DNA of 64,000 nt from Bacilli bacterium (lineage in GTDB: Bacteria; Bacillota_I; Bacilli_A; RFN20; CAG-826): assembly GCA_017651165.1 (NCBI GenBank), contig JAGCDH010000003.1, positions 2,654 to 66,653 of the forward strand. Reading direction: 5' to 3'. Shown here piece after piece: positions 9,608-19,293 of the stretch. A model generated the notes under the pieces. The model did not search any database, was not told where the DNA came from, and was given only the letters and a program-made list of their open reading frames with translations. Every line of letters starts with the position of its first letter. The first letter of the stretch is position 1. A program made the position numbers and the translations under genes.

Positions 9608-11400
9608 TGAAAAAACTAAAAAGTCTCACCTGCTTATTGACCCTCATCCTAGTAAGTGCTTGTCATGGGCCTATTAGTGGGGCTTTTTCCTCATCGTCGA
9701 TTGTTTCTAGTTCAATAGAACAACCATCCAGTTCTTCAATCTTACCATCTAGCAGTAGTGAAGTTCCTTCAAGTTCCTCTAGTAGCTCATCATCTAGCCA
9801 AAGTCAAGCAATTAGCCATTACAATGGCTATTATGATGCTCTTGTTTCATGGACAGATGGTGAGGATTTAAAGAATCAATTACACACTATTATTAGAAAT
9901 GGATATAAGCCATTAACGTACACGACTCCCAATTACGAAACAAATATTAATGCTGATCATTCTAAATATGATTTCGAATATTTAGACGTTGTTTACAGTG
10001 GCGATCCTGTCTTTAGAAACCAAACTAATCGCGGTTGGCAAAGAGAGCATGCTTTCTGTGCTTCGTTAATGACTGGTTCTTTAACTGCGGATGCTGTTAA
10101 ACACAAAGGGCGTGCCACTGATTTTCATAACTTATTTGCCTCTAACGCATCTGCCAATTCATCAAGAGGTAACAAAAACTATGGAATGGCTGATGTGACT
10201 TCATTAACTTATACCAATCGCACAACTAATAATGGCAATGATGGTTATAGTTTTGATCCAGTTAATTTTGAGCCAGGTAACATTGATAAAGGAAGATTAT
10301 CACGTGCCATATTTTATATGGCAACTATGTACAGCGAAGACGAAAATGACACCATAAACGGCATTACAATGAAGGGTTTAAGAATTGTTGAAAATCCAGT
10401 TTCATATGTTGCTGGTGAAAATGGTGCTTTCGCGATTGGTAATCTATCGACTTTATTGAATTGGAATAATACCTATCAGGTCGATTATCTAGAAATGCAG
10501 CACAATAGTTCTGTTTTTCAAGACGTCTTTACTGCTGATGGATATGCTCAGGGAAACCGCAATCCTTATGTCGATTATCCTGAATTAGTCGATTATGTTT
10601 ACGGAAGTAAAAAAGGACAAGCAGGATTTTTGGCTAGTTTGACCGCCAGCGAATCTCTTTTAAAGAGCAACGAACATGTCGTTGATCATTATGCTTTAAA
10701 GGAAGCAAAAAGAGAATACACATATGGTGAAACAGTTTCTTCTAATGACTATAAAATAGTCAAAGTGTATAAAGATTATACCTACGAAGTCATCGATAAC
10801 GGTTTTACACATTCGTTAATTAATCACAAATTTGTTGAGAGTGACGGAGACAACAAAACCGCTACTATCCAAGTGGGTGAAGACACATTTACTTATCAAA
10901 TTGATTTGAACCCAATGGCTAATTGTTCTACGGGCCCAATTGTCATTAAGCCAGATGGAATCAATAAGAGCCAAAAAGGTATTGATCAAAATGTCACTTA
11001 TAACAATTATCAATTTTCACTCAATTTTGAAACTTCATATACTGGCGAAATGACGATTAATAATATTTGGTCCAATGGTTCCGGCTCGGAAGTATTAGGC
11101 ACAACATTCGGTAGTAAAACCCGTGTTTTGAGCAAATTAACTATTAAGACGAAAGATAGTTTTACTATTGATGCTGCTTATGCCAAAGCTTTTGTGGGAA
11201 ATAATGAAAGTAGCTATCGTTTAACTATTAAAGTAGGGGACACCGTTTTGCTTTCCGAAAAATCTTTTAATCAAAGCGATGTCGGAAAAGTAATGGGCAA
11301 TAGTGTGAGCGATCCTCTAACTGGACAAGTGACATTTATTTTCATTGGTTCCAGTTCGTTAAAAATCAATTCTATTGCCTTTAATGCTATAATCGCTTAA
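9607..11400 (+). CDS. Lipoprotein with an Endonuclease-I-family (EndA-like) nuclease domain and a Ser-rich linker
   Basis: MKKLKSLTCLLTLILVSAC lipobox, then a long poly-Ser linker. WQREHAFCASL, DFHNLF and NSSRGNKNYG resemble Endonuclease_1 catalytic motifs. The ATG overlaps the ftsZ stop (TAATG). Confidence 0.55.
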   Translation: MKKLKSLTCLLTLILVSACHGPISGAFSSSSIVSSSIEQPSSSSILPSSSSEVPSSSSSSSSSSQSQAISHYNGYYDALVSWTDGEDLKNQLHTIIRNGYKPLTYTTPNYETNINADHSKYDFEYLDVVYSGDPVFRNQTNRGWQREHAFCASLMTGSLTADAVKHKGRATDFHNLFASNASANSSRGNKNYGMADVTSLTYTNRTTNNGNDGYSFDPVNFEPGNIDKGRLSRAIFYMATMYSEDENDTINGITMKGLRIVENPVSYVAGENGAFAIGNLSTLLNWNNTYQVDYLEMQHNSSVFQDVFTADGYAQGNRNPYVDYPELVDYVYGSKKGQAGFLASLTASESLLKSNEHVVDHYALKEAKREYTYGETVSSNDYKIVKVYKDYTYEVIDNGFTHSLINHKFVESDGDNKTATIQVGEDTFTYQIDLNPMANCSTGPIVIKPDGINKSQKGIDQNVTYNNYQFSLNFETSYTGEMTINNIWSNGSGSEVLGTTFGSKTRVLSKLTIKTKDSFTIDAAYAKAFVGNNESSYRLTIKVGDTVLLSEKSFNQSDVGKVMGNSVSDPLTGQVTFIFIGSSSLKINSIAFNAIIA

Positions 11401-11404
11401 AATT

Positions 11405-11640
11405 AAGCGAACCCTAGAAGACAAGTCTTCATAAAATCTGCTAATAGAGAGTTTGGGATGGTGGAAGCCAAACAGTAAGAATATGAAGGTATCCCTTCTT
11501 TGTATGAGTGCTGAACTAATAGTAAGCCTCCGGCCCTTCTCCGAAAAGAAGATAACAAGTGCTAAAGATACAATCTTTAGAACTAAGGTGGTACCGCGCT
11601 TATGGCGTCCTTAGAAAGGGACGCTTTTATATTGTTAAGG
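11405..11640 (+). promoter_or_regulatory. T-box riboswitch leader of ileS
   Basis: AGAGA element, then the conserved T-box sequence AACTAAGGTGGTACCGCG (11581..11598), then the terminator GCGTCC-ttagaaa-GGGACGC and TTTTAT. Confidence 0.8.
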
Positions 11641-11648
11641 AGTGAATT

Positions 11649-14381
11649 ATGGATTACAAAGATACTCTATTAATGAACAAATCTAACTTTGAGATGAGAG
11701 GTAATCTCAATCAAAAAGAACCAGTTTTAGTCAAGAAATGGGAAGAAGAAAAGATTTATGAAAACATGAATCTTAATCGCAAAGAAGCGAAAGAATTCGT
11801 CCTTCATGACGGCCCTCCATACGCCAACGGTGATATGCACTGCGGTCATATGCTTAACCGTATTCTTAAAGACATGGTTGTCAGATACAAAAACATGCAA
11901 GGCTATAGAACCCCATTTGTTTTTGGCTGGGATACACATGGTCTTCCAATTGAAAACCAAGTCACCAAAAGTGGTGTTGATAGAAAAACCACTCCATTAA
12001 GTGAATTCCGTAAGAAATGTGAAGAATACGCATTAACTCAAGTCGCGAGACAAAAAGAACAAATCAAACGCTTAGGTTTATTAGGCGATTTTGATAATCC
12101 ATACGTCACTTTAAGAAAAGAATATGAAGCTAAACAAATCGAAGTGTTCTCATCAATGGCTTTACAAGGTCTCATTTACAAAGGCTTAAAACCAGTTTAT
12201 TGGTCTCCGAGTAGTGAATCCGCCTTAGCGGAAGCGGAAATTGAATACGCTGATGTTTTGTCTCATTCTATCTACGTGGCTTTCCCGGTGAAAGACGGTA
12301 AAGGTATCGTGGATCAAGATGCGAGACTCGTTATTTGGACGACCACTCCTTGGACATTACCTGCTAACTTAGCGATAAGCGCTCATCCTGACTTTGTTTA
12401 TGGTGAGTATGATACAAATCTTGGTAAATTAGTGTTCCTTGAAGAATTCGCCGAAAAACTTCAAGAAGAATTAGGTTTAGAAAAATGTGAACTCATTAAG
12501 CGATTCAAAGGTTCAGACTTAGAATTCGTGGTCTGTAAACACCCATTCTATGATCGTGATTCTTTAGTTATCGTTGGCACACACGTCACTAATGACGCTG
12601 GTACTGGTTTAGTCCATACCGCTCCTGGTCATGGTGTGGAAGACTACCAAGTCTGCTTAAAATATCCAGGCCGTGGTTTAGAACCATATTGCCCAGTTGA
12701 TGAACACGGCAAAATGATGCCTGGAACCGGTGAAAGACTCGAAGGCCTTTTCTATGAAAAGGCAAATGATGTTGTCTTAGAAATCTTAACGGAAAATGGA
12801 GCGCTATTAAAACACGCCACATTTACCCATAGTTATCCACATGACTGGCGTACACATAAGCCTGTTATCTTTAGAGCGACTAAACAATGGTTCTGTTCCA
12901 TTGAACCAATTAGAGAAAAACTCTTAAAAGAAATTCATAACGTTAAATGGTATCCATCCTGGGGCGAAACTAGAATGGTTAATATGATTAAAGATAGAGC
13001 GGACTGGTGTATTTCTCGTCAAAGAGCGTGGGGTGTCCCAATCCCAATTTTCTACTGTGAAGACGAAACGCCTGTGATCGATGAAAAAGTCTTTAAGCAC
13101 ATTGCCGATCTCTTTAGAGAATACGGTAGTAACATCTGGTATGAAAAAGATGCGAAAGACTTATTGCCAGAAGGCTATAAGAATGAGCACTCCCCAAATG
13201 GCAAGTTCACCAAAGAAAAAGACATCATGGATGTCTGGTTCGATAGTGGTTCCTCTTGGAATGGTGTTTTAAACGCACGTGGTATCCAATATCCAAGTGA
13301 TTTATATCTTGAAGGTAGTGACCAATATCGTGGTTGGTTTAACTCTTCACTTATCTTAAGTGTGGCCACTAATAATGTCGCTCCATTTAAGAATGTTGTC
13401 AGTCATGGTTGGGTATTAGATGAACACGGCGAACAAATGCATAAGTCTAAAGGTAATGGTGTCGATCCAACAAAGATCGCTAATGTCTATGGCGCTGATA
13501 TCTTAAGACTATGGGTCGCAAGTGTTGATTATCAACAAGATGTTCGTATTGGTGAAAACCTCATCAAACAAGTGGCGGACCAATACCGTAAAATCCGTAA
13601 TACATTAAAGTTCATCTCCTGGAATTTAGTGGATTATTCTCCAAAGGAGAATGTCACCGAATTTGAAAAGGTAGATCAATACATTTTAGAAAGCTTAAAT
13701 CTCTTAGTGAAGAACGTCACTGAAGACTTTGATAATTACAATTTCTCTGATGCGACAAGTCAGATTATGACCTTCATGTCCACTGATTTAAGTAGTTTCT
13801 ATTTAGATATCAATAAAGATGTTCTCTACTGTGAAGGTAAGAACTCTTTAAGAAGAAAACAAGTCCAAACCGTCTTATTCAAAGTGGGTGAGACATTATT
13901 AGCAATGCTCAACCCAATCCTTCCATTCACCATGGATGAATTCAATCTCAATATGCCAGGTGAAAGAAGTAAGAACCCACAATATTTAGACTACCCAAAA
14001 GCGGGTCCAGTTAATGAAGATATTCTTGAAGAATATGAGACATTCAAACTCTTAAGAGATGATGTCTTAAAAGCTTTAGAAGATGCGCGAAATAATAAAG
14101 TCATCGGTTCCGCTCAAGAAGCCTATGTTTCAATTAAATTCAACAATGATGACTTAAGAAATCTCTTTGTCTCATTCCCTGAAAGATTAAGAAAACAAGC
14201 CTTCGTAGTCTCTGACATCAAGGAAGAAGATAACGATGGTGCGGAATATAGGAATTCCAAGATCAAAGTCATTCATCACCCAGGTCACTTCTGTGAAAGA
14301 TGCTGGAACTATGAAGATGACGCAATTGTGCAAGAAGATGGCACCTATCTTTGCAAACGCTGTAGTGAGGTGGTCAAATAA
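11649..14381 (+). CDS. ileS: Isoleucine--tRNA ligase
   Basis: HMGH-like PYANGDMHCGH motif and KMSKS (HKSKGNG). C-terminal Zn-finger CERC...CKRC. Confidence 0.95.
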   Translation: MDYKDTLLMNKSNFEMRGNLNQKEPVLVKKWEEEKIYENMNLNRKEAKEFVLHDGPPYANGDMHCGHMLNRILKDMVVRYKNMQGYRTPFVFGWDTHGLPIENQVTKSGVDRKTTPLSEFRKKCEEYALTQVARQKEQIKRLGLLGDFDNPYVTLRKEYEAKQIEVFSSMALQGLIYKGLKPVYWSPSSESALAEAEIEYADVLSHSIYVAFPVKDGKGIVDQDARLVIWTTTPWTLPANLAISAHPDFVYGEYDTNLGKLVFLEEFAEKLQEELGLEKCELIKRFKGSDLEFVVCKHPFYDRDSLVIVGTHVTNDAGTGLVHTAPGHGVEDYQVCLKYPGRGLEPYCPVDEHGKMMPGTGERLEGLFYEKANDVVLEILTENGALLKHATFTHSYPHDWRTHKPVIFRATKQWFCSIEPIREKLLKEIHNVKWYPSWGETRMVNMIKDRADWCISRQRAWGVPIPIFYCEDETPVIDEKVFKHIADLFREYGSNIWYEKDAKDLLPEGYKNEHSPNGKFTKEKDIMDVWFDSGSSWNGVLNARGIQYPSDLYLEGSDQYRGWFNSSLILSVATNNVAPFKNVVSHGWVLDEHGEQMHKSKGNGVDPTKIANVYGADILRLWVASVDYQQDVRIGENLIKQVADQYRKIRNTLKFISWNLVDYSPKENVTEFEKVDQYILESLNLLVKNVTEDFDNYNFSDATSQIMTFMSTDLSSFYLDINKDVLYCEGKNSLRRKQVQTVLFKVGETLLAMLNPILPFTMDEFNLNMPGERSKNPQYLDYPKAGPVNEDILEEYETFKLLRDDVLKALEDARNNKVIGSAQEAYVSIKFNNDDLRNLFVSFPERLRKQAFVVSDIKEEDNDGAEYRNSKIKVIHHPGHFCERCWNYEDDAIVQEDGTYLCKRCSEVVK

Positions 14382-14995
14382 TGAACAAGGAAAAGATCAA
14401 AGCCGGTCTTAAATGGTTTTACCAATCATTTATTTGGATATTCATCCTCTTTTTAGCAATAGATATTGCTACTAAACAAATCGTTATGCATTTAGGTGGC
14501 ACTCCAGGAACGCAAATTGCGAACTGGGGCATCGTCAAAATCAATTACATTTTGAACTATAATGCGGCGTTTGGTTTAGGCGCTAAAGATCCAACAGTAA
14601 GTAGAGTTATATATCTTATTGTTGCTTCTCTTGTCACAGCAGGGTTAATCACTTATTTGATTATCAAAAGAAAGACCACAAAACTCTATGTTAGAGCGTG
14701 TTTGATTCTTATCATTACCGGTGCAGTTGGCAATATGATTGACCGTATTTTCTACGCCCCATATCATGCTGTTGTCGACTGGATCGACTTCTATTGGTTC
14801 TGGGATTATAACTTCAATATTGCGGATAGTTGTATTGTTGTAGCAGCCTTTATGCTCATCATTTATATTATCGTTTTAGAGGTTAAAGACTATATGGCAA
14901 AGCGCAAAGCCGAAGGCGTGAGTGTTAAGACGCTTAGCAAAACTGAAAAAGAACGCCTTGAAGAAGAGAACAAAGAGCGCGAAGAAGATAAATAA
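14381..14995 (+). CDS. lspA: Lipoprotein signal peptidase II with a long charged C-terminal tail
   Basis: Overlaps the ileS stop. Four TM helices with LspA-like NxGAAFG and IDR...DW motifs. A roughly 45-aa Lys/Glu-rich C-terminal extension is atypical. Confidence 0.8.
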   Translation: MNKEKIKAGLKWFYQSFIWIFILFLAIDIATKQIVMHLGGTPGTQIANWGIVKINYILNYNAAFGLGAKDPTVSRVIYLIVASLVTAGLITYLIIKRKTTKLYVRACLILIITGAVGNMIDRIFYAPYHAVVDWIDFYWFWDYNFNIADSCIVVAAFMLIIYIIVLEVKDYMAKRKAEGVSVKTLSKTEKERLEEENKEREEDK

Positions 14996-14998
14996 TAT

Positions 14999-15898
14999 AT
15001 GAAATATATTGTAACCTTTAAAGAGAGTGGAGAAAGATTAGATAAGGCTTTAGCGTTATTAAATCAAGAACTTTCTCGTTCCTTTATTGCTAAGCTGATC
15101 CAAGAAGGAAAAGTCTTAGTAAACGGCAATCAAGAGAAAGCCTCTTTTAAGGTTAAAGAAAATGACCAGATTTTTGTCGAAGAAATCGTTGATACCAAAG
15201 CGGATATTAAAGAAGAAGATATCCCATTAGATATTGTTTATGAAGACGATGATATCCTCGTCATCAATAAGGCACAAGGCATGGTCGTACATCCCGCTAA
15301 CGGGCATTATTCTGGTACTCTAGTGAACGCTTTGATGTTCATGGAAGATTCCCTTTCCTCTATTAATGGCGTGATTCGCCCAGGCATCGTCCATCGTATT
15401 GATAAAGACACGTCTGGCTTATTATGCGTTGCGAAGAATGATAACGCTCATCATTTCTTAGCGGAGCAACTTAAAGATCACACAATGGCAAGAGAATATA
15501 TTGCTTTAGTGCGTGGTGTCATTAATGAGAACAGTGGCACGATTGAAATGCCAATTGGTAGAGATAAAAAAGATCGTCAAAAAATGGCAGTTGTTAAGGA
15601 TGGTAAACCCGCAGTTACTCATTTCCAAGTCGTGGAGAGATTTAAAGACCACACTCTAGTGAAGTGTCAACTTGTCTCAGGTAGAACCCATCAAATCCGT
15701 GTTCATATGGCTGCCATCAATCATCCAGTGGAAGGCGATCCTCTTTACGCTGGAAGAAATTACGATAGATTATATAAAAACGGTCAATTATTGACCGCAT
15801 ATAAGCTTAAACTCATCCATCCAACCACAAAGAAGGAAATGGTTTTTGAAATTAATTTACCAGATTACTTTGTAAACATGTTAAATTCACTAAGATAG
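14999..15898 (+). CDS. rluD: 23S rRNA pseudouridine synthase (RluA/RluD family) with an N-terminal S4 domain
   Basis: HRIDKDTSGLL catalytic Asp motif. lspA-rluD synteny matches Firmicutes. Confidence 0.85.
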   Translation: MKYIVTFKESGERLDKALALLNQELSRSFIAKLIQEGKVLVNGNQEKASFKVKENDQIFVEEIVDTKADIKEEDIPLDIVYEDDDILVINKAQGMVVHPANGHYSGTLVNALMFMEDSLSSINGVIRPGIVHRIDKDTSGLLCVAKNDNAHHFLAEQLKDHTMAREYIALVRGVINENSGTIEMPIGRDKKDRQKMAVVKDGKPAVTHFQVVERFKDHTLVKCQLVSGRTHQIRVHMAAINHPVEGDPLYAGRNYDRLYKNGQLLTAYKLKLIHPTTKKEMVFEINLPDYFVNMLNSLR

Positions 15899-15939
15899 TG
15901 TTATAATATTTTTACATACTAAAATTTGGGGAAATTATT

Positions 15940-18291
15940 ATGAAAAAACATGTCTTTTTATTTTCTTTGTTTGCGGTTTTGTCTTTATCTGCCTGCAATA
16001 TAAAGTTCAACACTAATTCTAGTAGCAATGCTGGTAATAGCGGTAATGAAGGGGATACACCATCCTCTAGAATCTCGTCAGATAAATCGACTAATACATC
16101 TACCTCTTCTCCGTCTACATCTACCACAAGCATCCACACCCATCAATGGGGTGCTTGGACAACCGTGACTGCGGCAAGCTGCACTCAAGATGGTGCAGAA
16201 GAAAGAACCTGCGCAACGTGTAATCAAAAAGATACACGCATTAAAAATGCATTAGGCCATAACTGGGACAGTGGTGTTATTCAAACACCGGCCACTGAAA
16301 CGACTGCAGGCACAAAACTTTTTACCTGTCTCCGCTGTGGCGAAACAAAAACAGAACAATATAACGAGAATATTGCTCCAGCTGAAATTGATCCGACTTT
16401 AACTGATGCTTCAACACCAAACATGGAAGTTTCATTTAATAATGTCAGTGATACATGTATGGTGTCCCCAAAAGTCAAAACTTATGTCGATGCTATGGAA
16501 GCACAAGAATTAACTCTTGATAAACCATATCATTTCTCCTCTTTATATGGACCAGATGATTATTCCGCAATTGCTAAGGCTTCTGATAAAGGTGACGGCA
16601 CAACTTATGCGGCTGCCGATACTGGTGGCGTTGACGTATGTCAAATCTTAAATAGAAACGACTATAGCAATACCGCTAAAAACTACCCAATCCAATTATC
16701 TTGGAATAATGGTGGTAATACCTTTTCTTCTGCCAAACTCAAATTCTGGTCAACAGAAGATAAGAGTGATATGCGTGAAGTTTCTTTAAGTGCTAATGCA
16801 ACATCAGCAAGCTTAGAAAACTTATTTAGAGCGAGAAAATATCGCGCCCAAATCGTCACAGGCGATGGCAAAGTATCACAAGGCTTTGAATTCAAAACCG
16901 GTGATTATCCAAGAACAATTACGATGGGCGACATTAAAAATGTTCGTGATATCGGTGGTTATATGACTTCCTATGGTGTCAGAACAACTCAAGGTTTAAT
17001 CTATCGTGGTTATTATATCGATGACAAAACAGGTGGCCATGGTGTGAACTATAATGCTGCCGCTGGCCTAGTGCAAGATGAGGTTATGAAGATTGGTTAT
17101 GAATTAGATTTACAATCCTCATCTGAAACAAATGGTCGTACTGCAAGCTGCTTAAAAGGTGCTGATTACAAGTGTTTAACACTTGTTTCCTATGAAAATT
17201 TCTTAAAAGAAAGCAGTTATAGAAACCTTCCAGAAGTATTCAATATTATCGCTAACGCTGATCAAAAGCATGTGTATTTCCACTGTTGGGGTGGTGCGGA
17301 TAGAACAGGTATGTTAGCCTTCTTTATCAATGCAATCTGCGGTGTCAGCTATACCGATTTATTGGAAGATTTTGAAATCACGACAGAAACAAATAATAAG
17401 AGATGCCATATGCATAACTCTTCTAGCGCTCACTTCCCAAAATTCTTAGATGCATTCATCAATGAATGGAATGGTTATGACGCCAATAAGACAATCAATG
17501 AAAACTGTGAAAAATGGTTGACAACTGTCGCTGGTGTTAGCGCGGCTAATATCTTAAAGATCCGTCAGATGATGATCCCTGGTTATACAGATGGTATTAG
17601 ACAATACATTCCTTCTTTTACCGCGACAGGCGAATATCAAACAGATGGCCTTGCTCACTGGAAAGTAGCTAGTGAAGACGCTAACGTCAAAGTTGGCTGG
17701 GCTAGACACACAAACAATCCATGTTCTATTTGTGGCGCGCAAAATAACGCTGGTGGTAGTAGCGGTGGTAACACTGGTACACAAGAAGTCGAAGTTCTTG
17801 TTCGTAACTGGGATGCTAACCAAGTTGAAAAGACCAATAGTGATGGTAAGAAATATTACCAATTAACCGATTCTGATAGTAAAACTGTTGGTGCGAAGAT
17901 TTCCATCATGAATTACACTGTTGAAAGTGATGCCGCTAGTGGTACTGGCCTTGGTACAGACGGTAAGATTGTTCCTCAAAATGAACACACCGCAATTCTG
18001 ACCTATAGGATCATTGCGCCTAAAGCTGGCACTTATCAAATGATTATGAAAGGCAAATGCTCTTCTAGTGGGACTGAAAAGACTTTGTCTGAAAGAAACT
18101 TCACGGTGAAACTAAATGGTTCCACTGTTGATATCCAAAACAGCAGGATTGCTGTTACAACAACAACCAAAGACTTCGTAGCAGCTCCAGCAATTAGTCT
18201 CACTGGTAACGAAGACACAATTAAAATTACCTGTTCTGACTACCGTATCGTCTTTGATACAAGTTCCTACATCGTCTTTGCGGAATATTAA
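15940..18291 (+). CDS. Large surface lipoprotein: S/T-rich linker, two Cys-repeat modules, a PTP-like phosphatase domain and a C-terminal beta-rich domain
   Basis: MKKHVFLFSLFAVLSLSAC lipobox. Two repeats carrying CxxC-like cysteine pairs: HTHQWGAWTTVTAASCTQDG...CATC and GHNWDSGVIQT...CLRC. HCWGGADRTG is a CX5R phosphatase P-loop, preceded by VRDIGGY...LIYRGYY, which resembles Y_phosphatase3 (PF13350) domains. Confidence 0.6.
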   Translation: MKKHVFLFSLFAVLSLSACNIKFNTNSSSNAGNSGNEGDTPSSRISSDKSTNTSTSSPSTSTTSIHTHQWGAWTTVTAASCTQDGAEERTCATCNQKDTRIKNALGHNWDSGVIQTPATETTAGTKLFTCLRCGETKTEQYNENIAPAEIDPTLTDASTPNMEVSFNNVSDTCMVSPKVKTYVDAMEAQELTLDKPYHFSSLYGPDDYSAIAKASDKGDGTTYAAADTGGVDVCQILNRNDYSNTAKNYPIQLSWNNGGNTFSSAKLKFWSTEDKSDMREVSLSANATSASLENLFRARKYRAQIVTGDGKVSQGFEFKTGDYPRTITMGDIKNVRDIGGYMTSYGVRTTQGLIYRGYYIDDKTGGHGVNYNAAAGLVQDEVMKIGYELDLQSSSETNGRTASCLKGADYKCLTLVSYENFLKESSYRNLPEVFNIIANADQKHVYFHCWGGADRTGMLAFFINAICGVSYTDLLEDFEITTETNNKRCHMHNSSSAHFPKFLDAFINEWNGYDANKTINENCEKWLTTVAGVSAANILKIRQMMIPGYTDGIRQYIPSFTATGEYQTDGLAHWKVASEDANVKVGWARHTNNPCSICGAQNNAGGSSGGNTGTQEVEVLVRNWDANQVEKTNSDGKKYYQLTDSDSKTVGAKISIMNYTVESDAASGTGLGTDGKIVPQNEHTAILTYRIIAPKAGTYQMIMKGKCSSSGTEKTLSERNFTVKLNGSTVDIQNSRIAVTTTTKDFVAAPAISLTGNEDTIKITCSDYRIVFDTSSYIVFAEY

Positions 18292-18293
18292 TC

Positions 18294-19202
18294 CTATTCA
18301 ATCTCTTTAAAATTAGCGAAGTTGATCTTCGCTATTTTTTTGAGTTCATCGACACCATGCTTGTCGACAAACTTTTTAGCGAAGTCATTAACTTTATTTG
18401 ACGCGCCAAAAGGAATGTTAGTTTTATATTTCTTATCTAATTCGTCTTTCTCTAACAAGAAGGCGTATCTGGCTATCACACTCGCTAAAGCGACACATGG
18501 ATAATATGATTCACCTTTTGTCCTAAAGACAATATTAATCACTTTTTGTTCATTTGGATCGTTTAAGTAAGAGAAATATTTGCTCTCCGCTACAAATTGA
18601 TCCACAAAGATGTTCCTTGTATCAGGAAACTTCTTAAACATATTGAGCAACGCTCGATTATGCATCTTAGCTTTAATAGAATTGAGGTTTTCACCTTTAG
18701 CGATTAACTCATTATATTTTTCATTGCTCAACGTCAAACGTGAGACAAAAAACTTCTTAACTAAAAGTGGGGCAATTTCTCTAATCTTTTCATCGGTGAG
18801 TTTCTTACTGTCTTTCACACCGAATTCTTCAAGCATTTTTAAATCTTTGCCACGCACAAAAGCGGCGACGACAATAATTGGAAGGAGAAAATCTCCGACA
18901 CCGACTTCGTCGCTACCGATTTGGTTATCAGTGCAAAGCCAACCTTTTGGTTGTTCAACACTCTTTTCCTTATATTCAGCGTTTGGATCCCAATTCTTAG
19001 CTTCAATTAAAGCACCTTCACCCATGAAGACGACCTTATGTTTGTTCTTTTTATCTTGATAAATCGTAATAGTGATTCCGCTATAAAAAGCTTGGAAAAT
19101 AATATATTCTCCATCGTTCACCCTTTGATATGAACGATAAAAGTCCATCATCTGGGTAGCTTTTTCAACATCAACTGTAATAGAGACAACCTTATTTGCC
19201 AT
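18294..19202 (-). CDS. rnhC: Ribonuclease HIII
   Basis: 302 aa. DEVGVGDFLLP resembles the RNase HII/HIII catalytic motif, preceded by an N-terminal region typical of RnhC. Confidence 0.7.
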   Translation of the reverse strand: MANKVVSITVDVEKATQMMDFYRSYQRVNDGEYIIFQAFYSGITITIYQDKKNKHKVVFMGEGALIEAKNWDPNAEYKEKSVEQPKGWLCTDNQIGSDEVGVGDFLLPIIVVAAFVRGKDLKMLEEFGVKDSKKLTDEKIREIAPLLVKKFFVSRLTLSNEKYNELIAKGENLNSIKAKMHNRALLNMFKKFPDTRNIFVDQFVAESKYFSYLNDPNEQKVINIVFRTKGESYYPCVALASVIARYAFLLEKDELDKKYKTNIPFGASNKVNDFAKKFVDKHGVDELKKIAKINFANFKEIE

Positions 19203-19293
19203 AAAAACATAATAACAAAAACTACTTTTTAAGCAAGTATAGTAAATTTTGCTTAATTCTTTTTTGTGCTAGAATGATTATGAAATTTAGTAT

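Noticed and set aside
9660-9830. Ser-codon-rich DNA in the nuclease lipoprotein as a phase-variable tandem repeat
   Set aside because: The Ser codons are mixed (tca, tcc, agt, agc, tct) with no exact tandem unit or homopolymer tract, so slipped-strand variation is unlikely.
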